From Gammaproteobacteria bacterium (GTDB lineage Bacteria > Pseudomonadota > Gammaproteobacteria > JAPPPA01): a stretch of 64,000 bases of DNA. The stretch covers positions 192,487-256,486 of the forward strand of contig JAUHZK010000002.1 of NCBI GenBank assembly GCA_030425645.1, read 5' to 3'. A program made the position numbers and the translations under genes. The notes beneath the pieces were generated by a model. That model did not search any database, was not told where the DNA came from, and saw only the letters and a program-made list of their open reading frames with translations. Each line of letters starts with the position of its first letter. The stretch's first letter is position 1. Of this stretch, positions 61,231-64,000 are shown piece by piece.

Positions 61231-61346
61231 AGGCCTTACTCCGGGCATTGAACTGGTAAATTTCTGCCAAAGCAAAAAGTTAACAGTTGTTCTGCGGCCT
61301 GCAAAAACCTGTCCAAATTAGGCAAAAACCCTACGGGGCCCAAGCA

Positions 61347-61378
61347 TAAAAAAAGCCGGGCAAATACCCGGCTTTTTA
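61347..61378. terminator. Intrinsic terminator downstream of sat (bidirectional form)
   Basis: A-run-GCCGGG-CAAATA-CCCGGC-T-run. Confidence 0.88.
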
Positions 61379-61403
61379 AAACACCAAATTAACGGCGTTA
61401 ACG

Positions 61404-62588
61404 CTAACTAGCTTGATAGTGGCGCATTAGAATTTTAGCCACTTCAGGACGGCTAAATTCCTCTGGCAAATCTTCACCAGCTGCTAGCATCGCACGTACT
61501 TTGGTGCCAGATAAAAGAACGAAATCGTCCTTACCGTGATCAGGCACATCGCGCATCATCACAACGCGACCAAGCTTCTTACTAAAGGCAGTGTGATCAG
61601 CTTCGAAGATTTGAATATCTAGTGAACCTGCAGGCACTTCCTCATGGAAGATTTCCTGCGCTTCGAAGGCGCCGTAGTAATCGCCTACACCAGCGTGGTC
61701 ACGACCAACAATCAGGTGAGTACAGCCGGTGTTCTGGCGGAACAGTGCGTGCAATACGGCTTCGCGTGGGCCGGCGTAAAGCATGTCAAAACCATAACCA
61801 GTAATCATTACGGTGTTTTCAGGGAAATGATGCTTAACTAGCTCACGAATAGATTCGTCGCGAACATCGGCAGGAATGTCTCCCGCTTTCAGCTTGCCCA
61901 ACAGCATGTGAATAAGAATACCGTCGGCATCAACGGCTTCTTTTGCCATCTTGCACAGCTCTTCGTGAGCGCGGTGCATTGGGTTACGAGTTTGAAAGGC
62001 CACTACGGTTTCCCAACCACGCTCAGCAATTTCGTTACGAATTTGCGTAGCGGTACGGAAAGTTTCAGCGAACTCAGTCTCAAAGTAGCTGTAGTTGAGC
62101 ACTTCAATATCACCAGAAACGATGTATTTACCCAAACTACGGAAGGTCGCTACACCAGGATGGTCAGCATCATCGGTACGGAAAACTTTAGCGATAATTT
62201 TCTCTTGATCAGCCTCGCTTAACTCCTCAATCGCGGCAACGGTTTGCACGGCGATCACTGGGTTACCTTCTACGTTTGGATCACGCAAGGCTACTCGAGC
62301 GCCTACTTCTAGGCCGTCAACGTTGTCGGTGCGGTTTAAAACCGGCACTGGGAAGAAAACACCATCCGCGGTGGTCAAGTTCTCGGCGGTAGACAGTGCG
62401 TCCGCCAAATTCATATAACCGGTTAACGGGTTGAAATAACCAGCACCGAGCATTACAGCGTTAGCCGCCGCTGCCGAGTTAAGCAACAGTTGCGGTAGGT
62501 TTTCTGCTTCTGCTTGTAACGCAGCGCGCGCTGCGTCATCAGCTACAAACAAAGGATTAAGTTGGTCTGAACCGTGAGGTTTGATCAT
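61404..62588 (-). CDS. sat: Sulfate adenylyltransferase (ATP sulfurylase, Sat type)
   Basis: VAFQTRNPMHRAHE, YAGPREA, VGRDHAGVG, LSGTKVR, FSRPEV. Confidence 0.97.
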   Translation of the reverse strand: MIKPHGSDQLNPLFVADDAARAALQAEAENLPQLLLNSAAAANAVMLGAGYFNPLTGYMNLADALSTAENLTTADGVFFPVPVLNRTDNVDGLEVGARVALRDPNVEGNPVIAVQTVAAIEELSEADQEKIIAKVFRTDDADHPGVATFRSLGKYIVSGDIEVLNYSYFETEFAETFRTATQIRNEIAERGWETVVAFQTRNPMHRAHEELCKMAKEAVDADGILIHMLLGKLKAGDIPADVRDESIRELVKHHFPENTVMITGYGFDMLYAGPREAVLHALFRQNTGCTHLIVGRDHAGVGDYYGAFEAQEIFHEEVPAGSLDIQIFEADHTAFSKKLGRVVMMRDVPDHGKDDFVLLSGTKVRAMLAAGEDLPEEFSRPEVAKILMRHYQAS

Positions 62589-62659
62589 CGTTTTTCTCAG
62601 TCATCAATAGTAAATGAGGCAAACCAACAAGCGGTTCGCCCCACGAGATTTGGAAAGGG

Positions 62660-63712
62660 TTAAATGCGGCGTTTTTGAACGGCTTGCGCCAGCTCTTCTA
62701 ACATCGACTCGGTAGTGTCCCAGTTAACACAGGCGTCAGTAATACTTTGACCATAGGTCGCCGCTTTACCATCAACTACCTTTTGGTTGCCTTCAACTAA
62801 GTTTGATTCAATCATGATGCCGAAGATGCGTTGGTCGCCGGCAGCAACCTGTGCCGCCACATCACTACAAACTTTAGGTTGATTCTCAAACTTTTTAAGG
62901 CTGTTACCGTGGCTAAAGTCGATCATCACCCGAGGGCGAATATCAGCAGCGGCGAGCACTTCGCTAGCCTGAGCAACACTGACGGCGTCAAAGTTTGGCT
63001 CTTTACCGCCACGCAAAATTACATGGCAATCTTCATTGCCGGTGGTTGCCACAATCGCCGCCTGGCCTTCTTTAGTAATCGACAAGAAGCGATGCGGACG
63101 CGAAGCGGAGCCAATCGCATCGACAGCAATTTTCACATTGCCACCGGTGCCATTCTTAAACCCTACGGGGCAGCTAAGACCGGACGACAGCTCACGGTGC
63201 CCTTGGCTTTCGGTTGTACGAGCGCCAATCGCGCCCCAAGCAACTAGATCACCAACATATTGCGGGGTAATCAAATCTAGGAATTCTGTACCGGTTGGTA
63301 AGCCCAGCTCATTAACCTGTAGCAGCAACTTGCGCGCCAGGCGAATGCCCTTATTAATATCAAAGCTATCGTTTAGGTCTGGATCGTTAATTAGGCCTTT
63401 CCAACCTACGGTGGTGCGAGGCTTTTCAAAGTAAACCCGCATCACCACTACCAAATCCTGCGCGTGCTGTTGCTGCAGTTTCACCAAGCGCTGTGCATAT
63501 TCCATCGCCGCATCTGGGTCATGGATAGAGCATGGGCCAACCACAACCACCAGGCGATCATCTTCACCGTGCAACACCTTGTGAATAGCCTCACGGCCAG
63601 CCACTGTCGCTTCTGCAGCGGCGTCAGAGATAGGCAGTTCCGCCTGCACCTCAGCTGGGGTCGCAAAAGCGTGAATTTCTTTAATACGTAAGTCTGCGGT
63701 CTGTAATGACAT
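62660..63712 (-). CDS. aroG: DAHP synthase class I-alpha
   Basis: GPCSIHD, RVYFEKPRTTVGWKG, GARTTESQ, DFSHGNS, SITDAC; isoenzyme specificity not determinable. Confidence 0.92.
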   Translation of the reverse strand: MSLQTADLRIKEIHAFATPAEVQAELPISDAAAEATVAGREAIHKVLHGEDDRLVVVVGPCSIHDPDAAMEYAQRLVKLQQQHAQDLVVVMRVYFEKPRTTVGWKGLINDPDLNDSFDINKGIRLARKLLLQVNELGLPTGTEFLDLITPQYVGDLVAWGAIGARTTESQGHRELSSGLSCPVGFKNGTGGNVKIAVDAIGSASRPHRFLSITKEGQAAIVATTGNEDCHVILRGGKEPNFDAVSVAQASEVLAAADIRPRVMIDFSHGNSLKKFENQPKVCSDVAAQVAAGDQRIFGIMIESNLVEGNQKVVDGKAATYGQSITDACVNWDTTESMLEELAQAVQKRRI

Positions 63713-63841
63713 AGTGGGTCACATAGCTTTGCCGCACCTTGCAGGCACGGCTGAAAAAATCATAGGAAATTAGGCCGCGAAGGTTACAACAGCCGGCTCC
63801 GGCTATCTACCCCAAGACGCTTAAACATCGTGGTTATATGC

Positions 63842-64000
63842 TTATTGCACAACGCCATTAAGGCGCTCAAAACCGGCATTCAAATCAGCGATCAAATCTT
63901 CTGGGGCTTCCAAACCAATATGTAGGCGCAACGTTTGGCTCGCTGGCACACCCGTTACCTGCCGTTGAACGCCGCCAAGTGTAGGCAAGGCCAAGCTCTC
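63842..64000 (-). CDS. metC: Cystathionine beta-lyase-like PLP enzyme, C-terminal 52 aa (runs off window)
   Basis: Manual translation ESLALP...LRLHIGLEAPEDLIADLNAGFERL. Confidence 0.75.
   Translation of the reverse strand, partial: ESLALPTLGGVQRQVTGVPASQTLRLHIGLEAPEDLIADLNAGFERLNGVVQ

Overview
Chromosomal window from a Gammaproteobacterium (about 50% GC by eye). It is mostly core genes: serC (partial), gyrA, tatD, MTA/SAH-deaminase-ubiG-gph/mupP, adoK-lgt-thyA-folA plus an Omp85-family gene, gcvT-H-PA-PB under a tandem glycine riboswitch, ygfB-ubiH-ubiI, zapA-6S RNA-ygfA-EVE, ilvA/rpiA-folD, tRNA-Met, lpxD-fabZ-lpxA, lrgAB, nhaD, sat, aroG and metC (partial). I saw no CRISPR array, integrase or transposase. 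The outstanding feature is an 18.9-kb ORF (41319..60200, minus strand) encoding a 6293-aa lipoprotein. It strings seven apparently intact hydrolase modules on one chain: ceramidase-like, three CocE/NonD-S15, a PHP metallophosphoesterase, a lipase-like alpha/beta hydrolase and an esterase/peptidase. These are separated by Calx-beta and TSP3 Ca2+-binding spacers and Cys-loop linkers, and the protein ends in an unrecognised duplicated domain. A penicillin-acylase-family lipoprotein and a GntR regulator lie just downstream. A second notable, normally unannotated element is a DARS-like DnaA-box/Fis/IHF module at about 61030..61230. All family calls are motif-based by eye; no database searches were run.
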